Assembly: GCA_051294905.1 (NCBI GenBank)
Contig: CM119372.1
Span: 4,402,001 to 4,466,000 of the forward strand
Direction: 5' to 3'
DNA length: 64,000 nt
DNA from: Botryllus schlosseri
Taxonomy: Eukaryota
In this document: positions 1-13,669 of the stretch, in pieces
Numbering within the stretch: position 1 is the stretch's first letter
Layout of the letters: every line of letters starts with the position of its first letter
The notes under the pieces: generated by a model
The model's input: only the letters and a program-made list of their open reading frames with translations
The model's database searches: none
Told to the model about the DNA's origin: nothing
Translations under genes and position numbers: made by a program

Positions 1-412
1 GAGTTAGTCGACACTGATTATTTGATGACTAAAAATTGACTCGAAAATTTTGCTTCGAGTCGCGAGTAAATCCACATGTTTTAGACACCGAGTCAAGTCA
101 AGTCAAGACATTTTTCCAAGGTTACTCGAGTCAAGTCAAGGCATCTGAAAAAGTTGATCTGAATCATTCCAACATACTGACTTGGTCGGACTTCAAACCC
201 TTCTTCTCTAGATATTGTCGAACAGAAGAATATTATTCGAGTTGGCGTATAGTCGGTTAATGTACGGTATTCAACGCGAAAGACTTAATCGACTCTCGGC
301 GCTAGCAGGTTTATCTGGGCAAAATAATTTTACCTTGAATCAGCAGACTAACGACCGTAAAATAACATGAGTACTATCATGAACGAAACCCTTAAAATGT
401 CACTTTCTAGTA

Positions 413-1080
413 CAGGGGGTCAACTCAAAACGGGTCGCGGGCAACTTTTCAAATTTCGTACAGGTCGCGGGCCGCAAGAATTCAATATTGATATAAAATA
501 GGTCGCACAGTTTTACAACCACGTTTTTGAAACCTTCAGTCAGTACGACGCTGTGCTCTGTAACATGAGTGACGGGCATAATTATCACAAAAAAGAAGAT
601 ATTCTACTAAAGGCATACAACAAAATTATCACGATCATCATTTTCATTCTATTTTGAACTATTAACTCACGATGCCCGACATTGACAACTCTTTTCAGCG
701 AATAAAGAATCGATATTGGGATTAGCTAGACACGGTACTTCTGGAAAAGCTTGATCTTGTTAGAAAGCCTCAAGTCACTTTTTAAGCGTCTTGGTTTAGG
801 CACTAAACTGGCCATTGCATGTCAAAGCAATAGGCCCATTCGTATCAGCTAAATATTCTTCTGTGGACTCTTATTACCATTGCCGAAGACTTATCAGCAA
901 GTAAGGACTAGTGCTGTTGGGTACAGGAGAATAGCTCATATCGAACGACAAAAACAATACTTTTAAACTGAAATCAAGTTCCACTTTTTAAAATGTTTTG
1001 CTAATAGGCGTTCTTCCGAAATCTCAAATCAGGTGGAGGCCCGCAAAATATGACCTGGCGGACCACGTGTTGGTGACCTG
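413..1080. mobile_element. Degenerate hAT-type non-autonomous element
   Basis: Left end CAGGGGGTCAAC...CGCGGGCCGC and right end GTTGGTGACCTG resemble hAT ends. The TSD is not clean. Confidence 0.4.
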
Positions 1081-1216
1081 TTCTCTAGTAGGCCTACCAC
1101 GAGGGAAAAAACGGTTTCATACTTTACATTTTAGGTTGATTTCAATTTTTGAAAGTCCGCCAAATATTTTTTGAAATTTTACCGGTCCGCGAAGTGAAAA
1201 AGGCTGAGAGCCACTG

Positions 1217-1719
1217 ATGTACACAACATTGTCAAAATCAAGCAACACGGTTTGTCACCAGCAGTGTACGCACAACTCCAGTGTTGCAAGCCAACAACTG
1301 CTGCTGTTGAACGTTCTTTCTCCATTCTCGGCAAGCTACTTGGTAAGGACAGACACTTTCTACCCGAGAATGTAACGAAGTATCTTTCGTTGAACTAAAA
1401 CAAATTTTAATTATTTCTACCATAATAGGTAATGTAACTACTGGAATTCTTCATAAGGCCAGATTACGTTAAAATAAAGTTTTTTCATGTAAAAAGTTGT
1501 CAGTTTTGGAGTCAAAAAAGTTTTTCAGGCCAAACCACTTCGTATGGGCAGACAGTTCCAACCAGAAATGAAGATCAGTAGTCCAATTCTAACATTGTGT
1601 GGGAAAACACCTAATTTGCATACGTTAGGTCAAAATGAAGTTTTTTTATGGTCAAAAAATGTTAAAATTTTGTTTTTTTTAGGTCAAAGTCTTCCGTTTT
1701 AGGTCAAAAAATCGCACTA
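1217..1719 (+). mobile_element. Truncated hAT element with a transposase C-terminal (dimerisation domain) relic
   Basis: 1219-1398 reads VHNIVKIKQHGLSPAVYAQLQCCKPTTAAVERSFSILGKLLGKDRHFLPENVTKYLSLN*, with the hAT motif P-T-x-A-x-V-E-R-S-F-S. Homologous to 47464-47945 in inverted orientation; ends ATCGCACTA. Confidence 0.8.
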
Positions 1720-3276
1720 CTCTTAACGAACTGATTCCACCTGGCGGCGTGGCAGGTACCCATCATTGTAATGTGTATATATATAGCTATATAGCATTGT
1801 TTAATCCACCACCATTGGCACGGAGACTGCAGTTCGGGAGACTGGATCACGGACGAATACTGTTATGTCGGGGCATCAGTGCTAGTAATACCAGTAGGCC
1901 CTGGTATATGTTAGATTGAGACACCGCACTTAATCGTATCTACATCCTCCTTATTGCATTGCATTGTAAATTGTGAGTCTAGTACGGGTACAATATACTA
2001 GCGCCGGTGATTGATTGATTAATAATTAGAATTTTCTCAAAGGGTGCGTGTTGTTGCGCAGGTTATAATTCAGATGACATGAAAAATAACTCGCATGGTG
2101 ACGCTGTCGGCTCACCACCACATCTTTGTCTGATAAATAAATATTTGGTAACTCAGATATAAATAACCTTACGTGCAAAGTTTCAACAAACATGACGCGA
2201 ATATGGTCATTGGTCATCGCATGATATACAGACAGAGTATAGAGAAGCTGCGCGAATGAGAGAATCGGAATAGTAGTCTTGATTCGTGTAGCTCGCTTGG
2301 ATCAGTGGTCTTTAATCATGAAAAAAGACTAATCGAATCAACAAATGCTTTGCCGTCTGTAGCTGCAATTGTCTGTGTGTGGTGTGCAATGTCCATTGTG
2401 CAGCGTGCACGACACTTTTGAAATAACTGACTTTATGCAATTCAATGCCGTTTGCTCGAGGCAACGTTCAATTTTACCGACTATAATCGAAAGGCAGCTG
2501 TCCCGTCAGCATGCGACACTCAGGCAAGTCTTTCTCGAGTACAATGCGGAAGAATAGCGTAGCGTTAGAGAATACTGAATGGCCTACGCAAGTGAGCGTC
2601 GTTTCCGCTTTGAAGAGGGCTTTGCTGTCTTCGAGGGACGCGTAACCTAACGTCAGAGCGAGAGAGACGCTTTGCCGAAGAGGCGTATGCGTCAAAAGCA
2701 GCATCGATACCTAGCTGCGTATGTAGTGCGGCGTAGTGGGGATGGCGTGTAGTGCTTCGCAAATCAATAGCGGGGATTCAAATGGTGCGCTTTGGAATAT
2801 GGAATATTGAGTTATGAATATACTGAATTCTATACCGTCAACACGGTAATTTAGATAGCTGTGGTAAGACGCAGGGCTGCAATGAACAGGTTTGGAATTT
2901 AACTTCAGAAGCAGGGATATTTCACTGCTTGACATAAGATATTCGCAAATATCATTTTATGAAGCTATGTTTTCAGAGGTCTAACAGTTAACTTCATACC
3001 AGCACGGAAAGCTGACTAAGAAGGTGTAATCGGGATTTAGAAGTTACGTTTATTAATTGATGCCGCTGTACTGCTGTAGTAGAGCGACAGGATGTAAGAA
3101 CATGGTGCGTAGTCATTTTACGGAGTGTGTATGCGTAATCTAAGCAAGGTGCTGTTCGTTTTCCGTTACAGGCGTGATTATGAATTTATAGTAGTACAAG
3201 CCAGCTTTATTCTGCTGCAGACACCATACCATATTCAGTATTTTGAAACATATGCCGGCGCTCGTCACAGATCACA

Positions 3277-3343
3277 ATGGTCGATAGACAATTTGTTACA
3301 TTGACACCCGCTGAATTTGAGACGCTACAGAAGTATACCGATT
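3277..3343 (+). CDS. DGKB: Type I diacylglycerol kinase, coding exon 1 (MVDRQFVTLTPAEFETLQKYTD+T)
   Basis: ATG at 3277; donor T|GTGAGT at 3344 (phase 1). The peptide matches the type I DGK N-terminus pattern (L-S/T-P-x-E-F-x-x-L-Q-K-Y-x-x-Y). Candidate upstream UTR acceptors at 3171 and 3220. Confidence 0.93.
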
Positions 3344-4346
3344 GTGAGTACTTGGTGAAATGTTTCGTGTGTTTCGTACAAGTGTGCAAACCGGCGCGCG
3401 GGTTGAATTCACGTGTAAATATGTGTTATTATGTTAAGGTTGATGGACACAAGGTAGTTCCTGGTGCGTCGTTCAGGGGATGTTATTACTAATCAATTCG
3501 CGGGTCTTAAAACGGGCAGGCATTGATGACAATCCGAACGGGGTTGACCCTCCAGCACAAACAGAAATACAGTTCTAGTTTGATCTAACTATTGCATTGT
3601 CTGTTATTACTATTGAGCTTGCAGTTCTATAATGTTGACAAAGCAGCGTCTAGATTCTGGACTCTAGAATCTTGATGTTCTGATGATGAGTATATTGGGT
3701 TGGAATTTATTTTACTACCATAACTTATACAATATAATATCAGAATCTTCTGAATTATCTCGAAATTCGAGCATATCATTGACTCATAACAAGGCATTCA
3801 CGATGTTAGCCGTAAGTTCGGATTTATTACGAGCGTTATGGACAATGATTTGTGGTTACATCCTCAAATTACGTTGTAGCACGCGCGATTGTAGTTAAAA
3901 AGGTTTTAAAGAGCCTTTTTAAGGTACATAACTTCAATATACAATTGAATAAAATATTCATATTGAAATGAACCCGAATATTTTCGGCTGACACTCGTCA
4001 GGGGTAGTCGTCAGTGGAGAATTGGAATGAACAATGTATATCAAAATTCCTAAGGAAGTTGTATGTATATTCTCATTGAAGAACTTGTTTACGATACTGT
4101 ATGTATTGGTGTTACATTGTGCTATAGTAATCAGGGGTATCTAGATACCCCTGCATAGTAGTAAAAGCCTCGATAACATACAAATACCATTTTGGCGATC
4201 AGTGGTAGGTGGGCGGAGCTAGGTAGGGAGGGGAAACACGACACAGTATGGCGTTGAAATGCTGGCCTGGATCTTGAAACATAATCTACACCACACTGGT
4301 AACTATACAATCGCCAGCGGCCGTGATAGACCATTTCTATTTATAG

Positions 4347-4423
4347 ACTCGACGAAGAAACTTTCAGACGTGCTGCAAGAGTTCAACTACGGGGGATTGC
4401 TGTCAGATTACCAGAAGGATGGG
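4347..4423 (+). CDS. DGKB: DGK coding exon 2 (YSTKKLSDVLQEFNYGGLLSDYQKDG)
   Basis: Acceptor tttctatttatag|AC completes TAC across the phase-1 intron; donor GGG|GTAGGT (phase 0). Matches the recalled DGKB motif YSTKKLKDVLEEF. Confidence 0.95.
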
Positions 4424-4949
4424 GTAGGTATCCTGTTGAATAGTGAGTGATTGCAATTTGCAAGACTGTAATAAACCGGGTAATTTAACCGCATTCAAGT
4501 GTCAATTATCAAAAGCGTGATACCATATGGAGTGGGGTCGTCGTGATGCGTGTGTGACTTCCTATCCCGCTTTGGCTATCATTTCACGATACAAAAAATA
4601 CGCAGACCGATGTGTCTCAGTTATATCTGTCGCGAGAATGTGTTTAAAACCACATCCATCGTGGTATGAGCATGAGCATATGAAATATGATTATCCGAAA
4701 TCACATATGCCGAGGCAATGTCTCGTGAAATTGGATAAAGCTGTGACCTGTCCATTAATCGTAACTATAACGGTACAACTGTCTCCTGTGCTGACAGGGC
4801 GGTTACCCTTGTTGCAATGACCCGAACAAGGACGCGTCCTCGTAGTTCTATTCGACTATTACGAGTATATAGGTCCCGTAAATTTGCGTTCAGCTTCAAG
4901 TTTCGATGAAATAGTTGACGTTGATCTGTACCTAATATGCAGAGTTGGA

Positions 4950-5575
4950 CCATAGTGTCCTATATGGTGTCGACACAAGCAAATCTCACGGCTCAGTGAA
5001 ATTGTATCACGTCACAATTTCCATTTGGCTACAGGCAATTTGACGGTCATTTTTGACCGGCTTGCCGAGCATTAAATTTGGTAAAACGGGTATCAATCGA
5101 AAGCTAACTCTCCACTGATTACGAAAATATAAATTTTATTCCGCTCGTGGCCCTGGAACTCCCACAATCAGCCTCGAATTTTTCATTGTTATGGAGATTG
5201 GCATTGGGACGCAACAATGCTGTCTGTCGAAACGAGAGTGTAGCTCAGGACGTAACAATGCTGTCTTGCGAAAATAGAGTAGCTCAAGAGAAAAAGAGCG
5301 GGCAGGATTGTTACGTCTCAATGTCAATCTCCATAACAATGAAAAATTCGAGGCTGATTGTGGGGGTTCCAGGACCGCGAGCGGGATAAAATTTATATTT
5401 TCGTAATCAGTGCAGAGTCAGCTTTCGATTGATACCCGTTTTACCAGATTTAATGCTAGGCAAGCCGGTCAAAAATGACCGTCAAATTGCCTGTAGCCAA
5501 ATGGAAATTGTGACGTGATACAATTTCACTGAGCCGTGAGATATGCTTGTGTCGACACCATATAGGACACTATGG
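4950..5575. mobile_element. 626-bp fold-back MITE with CCATAG termini
   Basis: 269-bp inverted arms (4950-5218, 5307-5575) with few mismatches and an 88-bp spacer; perfect 5-bp direct repeat TTGGA on both sides. Confidence 0.9.
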
Positions 5576-6271
5576 TTGGACACTGAACGGCTATAGAAAA
5601 TTTTCAACTTTTCCGAACTAGATTTGAATTAGGATTATTGCTACACAGTGTTTGTACAAATTAGACCAGATTTAGAATTATACCTACACAAGTTATTTCC
5701 TAACAAATACATTATAATTACAGCTACACAGTTTCTTCCGAATTAGAACTAGAATTATTGAATTCGACTTGGGGCACTGAATGAAGTTCAGTTGATATTA
5801 ATACAGAGTACATTCTCATAAATGTGAGAATGGAAAATGTCTGTAATACCAAGCTTGGCTCGTTTCGCACGATACTGTTCTCCTGTAGCATTTTCAGGAA
5901 AACGGGAGATTCGATAGGAACTAAGTTGGATTGACATACTTTCTCAGCATTCGGGTAATGTCACGCTCATCTTATAACCTCACAGCCACTCTGATTTTAT
6001 ATCGATTAAGATCCGCGTCTTCAGAAGCGGACCCGTAGCCAAAAACGCCGATGCTATGTGTCAGCATACGCGATCTATATATAGTTGATAATTAGGGTCG
6101 CGATTTTTGAAATAGCTGCGTGCAATAGGTCACTCGTCAAATATACAGCTATGAGCTATCCCATGAATCTATCCTTCGAGACTGTTCCGTCGTGTATTCG
6201 TATTGTGGCGCGACGTCGACATTACGCGCACTGGTTGTGGTTGGCATGTGTAGAAACATTGTGCTGTACGT

Positions 6272-6470
6272 TAGGGCTCTTCCAAAATGACTTTTTTCTC
6301 AAATCGTACTGGCTACTTCATAAAATTGTTAGGTTACCTAATTTACGCCTACACACAAAATTTGGTTCAATTGAACCAAATTTTGTGTGTAGGCTTAAAT
6401 TAGGTACCTTAACAATTTTATCAAGTAGCCAGTACAATTTGAGAAAAAAAGTCATTTTTGAAGAGCCCTA
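6272..6470. mobile_element. 199-bp pure-hairpin hAT MITE (TAGGGCTC ends)
   Basis: Whole element is an inverted repeat; TSD ctgtacgt / ctgtacat (7/8); arms homologous to 56276-56792. Confidence 0.88.
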
Positions 6471-6614
6471 CTGTACATTGTGCTTCTACGTATAGGGAGT
6501 GCTTTTCACACAAACGACAAAAGAGTCAATTCGGTCATCCCGATTTCGTTTGTTGTGACATCTATCATTGAGATGACTGTCTAAACATGCCTACCTATTC
6601 ATAATATGATATAA

Positions 6615-8036
6615 CCCTTTGCGACCGGCGGACCAGTATACTGGTCCGCGATTGTTTAACACGGAGGAGTCGCTATTTATTCTAAGATAGCTCGACCTGC
6701 ATTACTTTCTAAACTGTAAAAATCGATTTATATGGATAGCTATTATGAATACGCATTCATAAGACCATGTACAACCTATTATATCAATGTATATCTGCTT
6801 GAAATGCAGATTGAACACGCAAAAACGTTCCCCGCAAAATTGAATTTGTAATGATGTTCACGTGAATGAACGCCTGGAATATAAACCATTGTATCTTCCG
6901 TTCTAGACGTCATATAACCAATTACAGTTATCTTCTATGACTTTTTGTTGATCATACTATTCTATGAAAGTCCCTATATCGAAGATTATCACTTAGAGAA
7001 GTTTCAAATCGACGTGAAAGAAAGCAATACCTTATTACGTGAAAATCATGGCTGCGTAAGTTCATCCGACTCGTTGCGGCTTCAAACAGATGTACAATTG
7101 CTTCAGGCAATTGCAAATTGTACATATGGTTGGTTGGTTGGCCATTATCCTGGCATATTCATCAATATCCCTATCATGGGGTTTAGTATTGTATAACAAG
7201 GCCGACACCAGCCCTAACACTACACAAATAAGCGTGAGAGTTAGGCTATTTTGGTACCAGACCCTGTAATAGCAACATCATATAGAGGCAGTTATACATC
7301 TGTTTAGATGGCACACGAAGTTACTGTTGGCGTCTATGACTACTGTTTATCATTCATGGAACATTAGCCATGTAGAATACAGTTCAAATTGATGTGAAAT
7401 AAAGCAATGATGTATCACATGAAATGACTTCTCGAGCGTATATGGGCACTGGGCAGTGTCGAATAAGCCAATATGTGTATACTTACGAATCCGTTATGCA
7501 GTTGCAAGTTACATAACAAGCCACTGGAGTTGATACCACTTCAATAGCATGGAGATATATAAAATAGTTACTATGTTATGTAGACTTGGAAGTGAATTGC
7601 CTTCCGCGAGATTACGCGATTACGTAATCGATTACTCATCGGCGGCGGCCGCGTGATGCGTGCTTATCATGTCTACCTTTCCAAGATCGTAGCGCTGGGC
7701 TATGAAGCGCTATAGTAGCGTGTAATGTCTCCTTGGAACGTAGAGATTCAAGCGGAACGCAATCAGTTGGTCATATACCAAGAGAAGGCCTAAGTATGAC
7801 GTCAGGAGATATAGAAGAACGAAATTGTATTATATTTTCAAGAAATTGAGAACATTTTCTCGCACACCGCTAATCCCTCTGGCGTCTGATCCGTAAGAGT
7901 ATCTCAGACCGCTAGGCGGCTAATTCAGGTTTACAGCAATATATTGGGCGTCGATTTAAGCCATATGGATGACATATTATCGTATTTTTTGTGGATGCAG
8001 TAAATTTTGGTCAGTAGGCCGGCCGATTAGAAAGGG
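6615..8036. mobile_element. Possible piggyBac-like non-autonomous element
   Basis: ATAA|CCCTTT ... AAAGGG|TTAA. TIR identity is weak beyond 6 bp; contains a degenerate internal duplication (~6930-7130 vs ~7320-7520). Confidence 0.4.
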
Positions 8037-8782
8037 TTAATGCATACGATGTATACTGTATAGGTATCAATGCCTTTGCGGCGTAAGCGAAATCTTGGCA
8101 CATGCCCGCATACAGTATACGCGTTGATCGTCGGTCCAAAGCTGAGGATTTGAACTTATACAATAGCGGTGTTCAAAAATGACTTGTTCTTTTACCGCTG
8201 TTGTTGCAAAAAGATCACTATAAATATATCCTGTAAATGAATGAGACTTCTGATGTAATCGTGGCTTGTGTGTCCGGACCTCCCGCGACCCCCTGGGTTA
8301 GTGTCAACCCCGGTCAAGACCTGCTCATGCTCATCAGCGTACCAAGGTATTCCGCGTTTGAAGTCATGTTACGATATAAAAACTATCCGCTTGTCCTGAT
8401 AAATACCGCCTTTAACACGCATGTACTTAGCCATCGCATCACCCATATTTTGCTTTATCTCTTGCTACTTGCTCTCCGGGTCGATAAGGAGGAACATATC
8501 AAATCAATCGTAAGAATGATTGCCTATTATAGATGTCGTTGTATGTGAATGTTGTGAGTTCATGGTTCGGTCAGTATGGTCTAGTCGCCGATCGTTTTTC
8601 GGACATCAGGTACTCCATGCAGTAGTACGCAATGCTGCGTATTTATTTTCGCGATATTCTAACGGTGCTATTTCGGGCTTGTATTGGATTTATATCTATA
8701 TCTGTATATATATCATATTCACTTACTGAATATTGTAATTGAAAAGCACTGCTAGATATTGATAAATCTAATGACGCGTAGT

Positions 8783-9816
8783 CAGGGCCGTAACTGCACT
8801 TCGTCAGGCCCCCCAAAAAACTTTGGTCTTGGGCCCCCCATAGGGTTATAGGCCGAACCACTCAATAATAATTAAACATCTTCGGGCGTATACCCGTTGG
8901 CAGGAACGAAACAGCACCTCGTCAGGCCCCCAAAAACGTGGTTCTTGGGCTCCCATAGGGTGATAAAACGACCCCCCGTCACGTTGTTCGCGTTTGTCAC
9001 GAAATTATCTGTACTGTATTGTGAGCCAGCGCGAAGCGCGAAAATTTTCGATAATTTATGATAAAATCGGTCAATCAGATCGGCAATTGCATGTATATTA
9101 TGCTATCAATTTATTGTCCTCTCTACTCACGTAATTAGATTTACCGGTAGAGCTGAGTGAAGTGTCTTGAAAACGGGAGGGCCCGTAAATAATAATTAAA
9201 CATCTTCGGGCGGGCGGACCCGTTGATATGACTTCGTTACATGATGTTATTTCGTGACTTCCAGTCTGCTATATCAAAAAATATATAATCGCCCAAACGT
9301 AGGCTTCTAAAGTAAGAGACGCACACGATTTCAAATTGGTGTTTCTTCACTGGCATAAAATTTTTTCCAGCGAGATGGTATTTGTCTTGTGAGGTTCAAA
9401 TTGCAAAGACAGGAACATTGGGCGCCAGTCATTTAGGCGCCTATGGACAATTAAACCTATATGTATTTTGTATAGCCGATATAACGAAGTCTTCGGTCTG
9501 CATAAGGGCATAGACCTTTTCGGCCAAGCTTTTCTCGCTGTCCATCGTTCTGACACACTTCTTGGAGTCGCATGTTATATTGCCTAAAACTTGATTGTAT
9601 GTCTTGGTGGGTCGTGGCGCGGTAATGGCCCAATACCCAATAATATAGATAAATAGCTACTTGAATTCGCGCGCGGCGCGAAAACTTTTTGAAAAAATTG
9701 CATAAATTTTCAAAAAATACTCTATGTTTTATGCTAGTTCACGAAATAATTTTGGGCCCCTTCCAGCTCGGGCATCCCCCAATTGGGGGGTTTGGGGTGC
9801 GGCAGTTACGGTGCTG
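8783..9816. mobile_element. 1034-bp hAT-type MITE
   Basis: TIRs CAGGGCCGTAACTGC / GCAGTTACGGTGCTG; flanks cgcgtagt / tgcatagt (6/8); internal duplications (caggccccc...cccatagg twice, aataataattaaacatcttcgggcg twice). Confidence 0.75.
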
Positions 9817-11884
9817 TGCATAGTCGTGTAGTGTACGGCGATCTTGCTCGCTGAAGACCTTGGTGTTCTGTAACACGAACGTTGATTAAATGTGGTACAA
9901 TTCTACACACACCCGTATGGATTTGAAATACATGTCTGGCATGCGGCATGGTATCCAACTAATGTCCAAACTATTTCTATAAGCAATGTAACCAGGTCTT
10001 ACATACGACGTACGTGTGTGCGCTATGGTCCGTTTTTGCGTATAGCAGACCATGCACTGTTATGTTCAATTGTTCACGCTTGAAGAATTAGGATCACGGT
10101 AAAATCATATTCCGTGATATTCCGATGCACGCTGGATACTGCCGAAATGTCACCGTCATCATGCTTCATTCTTCGGGCTATTGTATTCAGTCTTGCGTAA
10201 AAGCCTTTAACCAGCATTTCGTCAATGCCGAATGTATCGTTAGACATGCTGTTTTGCGTTGAAGTGGCATTCTGCACGATTGGCAATACGTGTGTTATTG
10301 ATGCTTGCCGTTCGTGTACGTCTCATCCATAAGTGTATCTTGTTTTAGGCCTACGCTTTAGAGAAACTGATCTATAGTGCTGCTCAAACGAATATAACTA
10401 TACTTACTAGGAATATACCAATATGCGTTGATGCATTATTATTAGTTACGTTGTAGATGTCGCAAAAACGATGATTGACTATTTACCTGTCTTGAAAAGC
10501 TGTCGCTTAGACTGTTTTATGCCAAGTGTTCACTACTCCTGACAACCCCGTGGTAAAATCCTGGCTTTATGGCAACTCCCTCGTTGAGTCTACACATGTC
10601 ATGGCCATCGTCTACATCAGTGTTTCTTAATCTTGTCGTCGGCGTCCGCCAGGGGGCGATTTGGATTTTGAAGGGGGCGGTAACGCTCAGAGGGCGATAT
10701 GGGGGGTGCCGAAGAAAAATGGTGTCGCAGTAGAGGGTGCAGTAGGGACATATGATTATTGATTACATAGTAGAGCAACAACAGTTCTATATATCCCTGA
10801 GTTCTCATTGCAAATTAACACTCTACAAAATCAGTCAAATTTCAAAATTTTTCGTCGCGCTCTGCGCGAAATATGTGCCGGCAGTGTTTGCAACATGTTT
10901 CCATGATTGCAGTGGTTTATTATAATTCATGTAAAATAAATTGTTCGTGCTTTTGTATCGCCAACTTCCCGTTAAAATACTCCCGTCACGCCGGCTCGGG
11001 TTATTTTCCACAGAATGTTTCAAACTAGGTATTATATCCAGCAGCGCACAGCGTGTCGAGGCACTGTAACTGTGTAACACTTTTGTAAAACTTTGTACAT
11101 TGGAGATGCCTTGAAGCTTTTTGGTCAAAATGAATAACTAAACATATTTGTATTTGAGAGTTACAAAATTGAATTTTCGGAATATTTCTTCATCGTATCA
11201 TAGAGGATGATACTATTGTTTAGTGTTGTGACCCGCAACATCACATGAACGTTATATAATATGCGTTGCTTTGTTTGGAATTCTTTAATGCTAAAGATAA
11301 TAACTGGCTGCAGTACTAAACTCGATGTGAGCAAAAATCACAATCTGCGATGATGTAATAGTCACAGAAGGCAATAAAACAAAACTCAATTCAATTAACG
11401 TCCCCATATTGCCAGTCGCAGAGGTGAATTCTGCATGCGTACACCGGGCTCGAACCTAGATGGTATAAGCCTGTACCCGATGGTTGTTATAACAACCTTG
11501 ATTTGATCCCGAACATAAAGCGTACAATTATCGAAGCGTTAATTAGTCGAGTGGTACTCACGCGCGATTCACGCTATTTCCACTACTGAATTCGATAATA
11601 AATAAATAAATAAAATATGATTGGGGGGGGGCCAGACATAGGTAATTTTCGAAAACGGGAACTGCGAGAAAAGGTTATAAACCACTGGTCTACGTAATAT
11701 GTTTGAAAGTAAAGAGCTTCCAGCTTTTCCCGCGTACAATCGGCCCGCTATCTTATGCCATTTATCAATCCAGATGTACAGCAGATACGAATCAAATCCA
11801 AGTGTAAGCCGCTGATGTACGATTCGCAGCCTCACTGGCGCACTTCGTGTGTATTCCTCGAATAAATCTATCACGATTCCCTAT

Positions 11885-12135
11885 CAATAATACATTTGCA
11901 CTGTTGGCTTGTTAGGCGTGTGGATCGGATAAGGTGTACTGTGATGATTGATGCGTGGCGAACCACGTCAATCTACACAAAATGTACATGGAACAGCGTT
12001 CATTGACGGTCCTTTAGATGCATTGTGGGCGCACAGTGTTAGCTTATTAGGCAGATTTGTGGATCTAATGAGCGGTCCGGTTATGATGGATACGAAGCGA
12101 ACCACGTCAATGCCACAAAATGCGCGTGGGTCAGT
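11885..12135 (+). repeat. Diverged ~140-bp tandem duplication
   Basis: gcgaaccacgtcaat.tacacaaaatg occurs at ~11958 and ~12098 with matching upstream blocks (tgttggcttgttaggcgtgtggatc / tgttagcttattaggcagatttgtggatc). Confidence 0.7.
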
Positions 12136-13669
12136 GTTGATTAACCATCTGTTACACGTAGGTCTAAGTATTGGTGACACGGGCTGCAAAAATATCCGCG
12201 CTAATCTCAGTCGTTTAGGAACATTTCACGAAAGTCAGATCCATAGCGGTCTCTGTATCATCGAACGGTATACACTGCAGTCTAAAATATCCATTTCCAG
12301 TTGGCAAATACAATCTATATATGAGGGTCTTTACCTTAGTATCTAGTACTCTCGTTCAACGACAACGGGAAAACTTCGGGTGTCGTAGGATATTCAAGGG
12401 ATCGTAAAGATGTCATTTAAATATTTAATTTCGTTTTGGTTTCGCCGCTAACGATCTGTGATATATCGTGATGGTCATAGTAGTTAGGTTTCCTGCTCAA
12501 TTACAAGCATTTAACAGTTTACATGACATTTCAAAACTACTTCCTGTCGAAGTAGAAAATGAAGATATGAAAAAGAGTCAAGTAAGCGTGTCAAAAGTCT
12601 ATTCGGTCGATGGGTCGCATAGTTTTGCAGTCAATCGGAGGTTGCCACTTCCGAAATTGCATGGTGCAATGCAAAATGACCAATGATGCTTGAAGTCGGT
12701 GCAATTTTCGAGTTTGTTGTGGTCCTACGCTTGATTTTGATCGGCTGGTGCAAATCCAATGATCCGGCAACGCCGAGAGGCTATTGCTATGAATATTTCA
12801 TTTTCAATTGCGCGTCTTTGCGAACGACGCGGGCTTTAAACAGACAAGATGGGAGAAATCGATATATTAAACGCCTGGCGATTAGGAATATGATGACCGC
12901 TCCGAGTAAATCCCGCACCCGGGTCTTGCCAAAAACAAGTTTTACAATGTTCTGTGATATACGATGTTCTTCCAATCATGTACTAGTTGCTGAGGTTTAC
13001 CACTGACGAGTGTCAGCCGGACATATTCGGGTTAATTTCAATATGAATAAACCATTCGGTTATAAAATAAGTGACGGGATGATATCCATGCATAACCTGC
13101 AGGTTTTGTATAAGGTGTCAATTGTGCGAATAAGGGTGGAAATTACGTTTACCATGAAGGCGAATTCCTGGGTTGATATTCCTACATATATGGTGCATGT
13201 AGTTCGCGAACCACCTTTCATGGATCAAGACACATTTGAGTTAAGAGTACACGTCCGTTGATTAAATCATGCATCTTGAATCCCTCGACTTTAAATGTAA
13301 TTATGACGATGTTTTGACTTATTTCTTATCCGTTAGCTTCCATTGTAGAATGCCAATGTCTGCTCAGTCGCAAATACCTTGCGACAGTCTCGATAAATCA
13401 AATCTAAATCGCGATTTTTGTCCCGAATTAAATTCCATTACTCCAGTCCAGTAGATTTATTTCAATCCATATGCAAGCCTATACCTAGTATTCGTATCAA
13501 GTTATCCTGCATGTGTAATTGTGTATATCCAGTACACCGAATGCAACATTCAAACTGTTTACTCCGTATCATTCTGCTGAAGTACCAGTTACAATATTCA
13601 AATCTCGCGCGGAATATGCAGTCCCGGTCGACTACGGTTAGACTCGTAATTCATGAATATTATTTCTAG

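Noticed and set aside
5136-5389. Mirror ORFs on both strands sharing MSISITMKNSRLIVGVPGPRA
   Set aside because: Artefact of the palindrome.
5568-5600. CACTATG at the fold-back element ends, identical to the ProtoRAG/RSS-like heptamer, with a 5-bp TSD
   Set aside because: The heptamer reads outward from inside the element rather than starting at the terminus, and no nonamer-like sequence follows at 12 or 23 bp.
10074-10286. TFGIDEMLVKGF, resembling the piggyBac xDExxVxFxG motif
   Set aside because: Single short motif with no other transposase features nearby.
11430-11470. B-box-like GGTTCGAGCCC on the minus strand
   Set aside because: No cloverleaf or A box, so it is not a tRNA gene; at most a SINE scrap.
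12468-12590. Frame ending DMKKSQ|GTAAGC, phase 0, upstream of exon 3
   Set aside because: No phase-0 acceptor, the peptide is not DGK-like and no promoter signal is visible.
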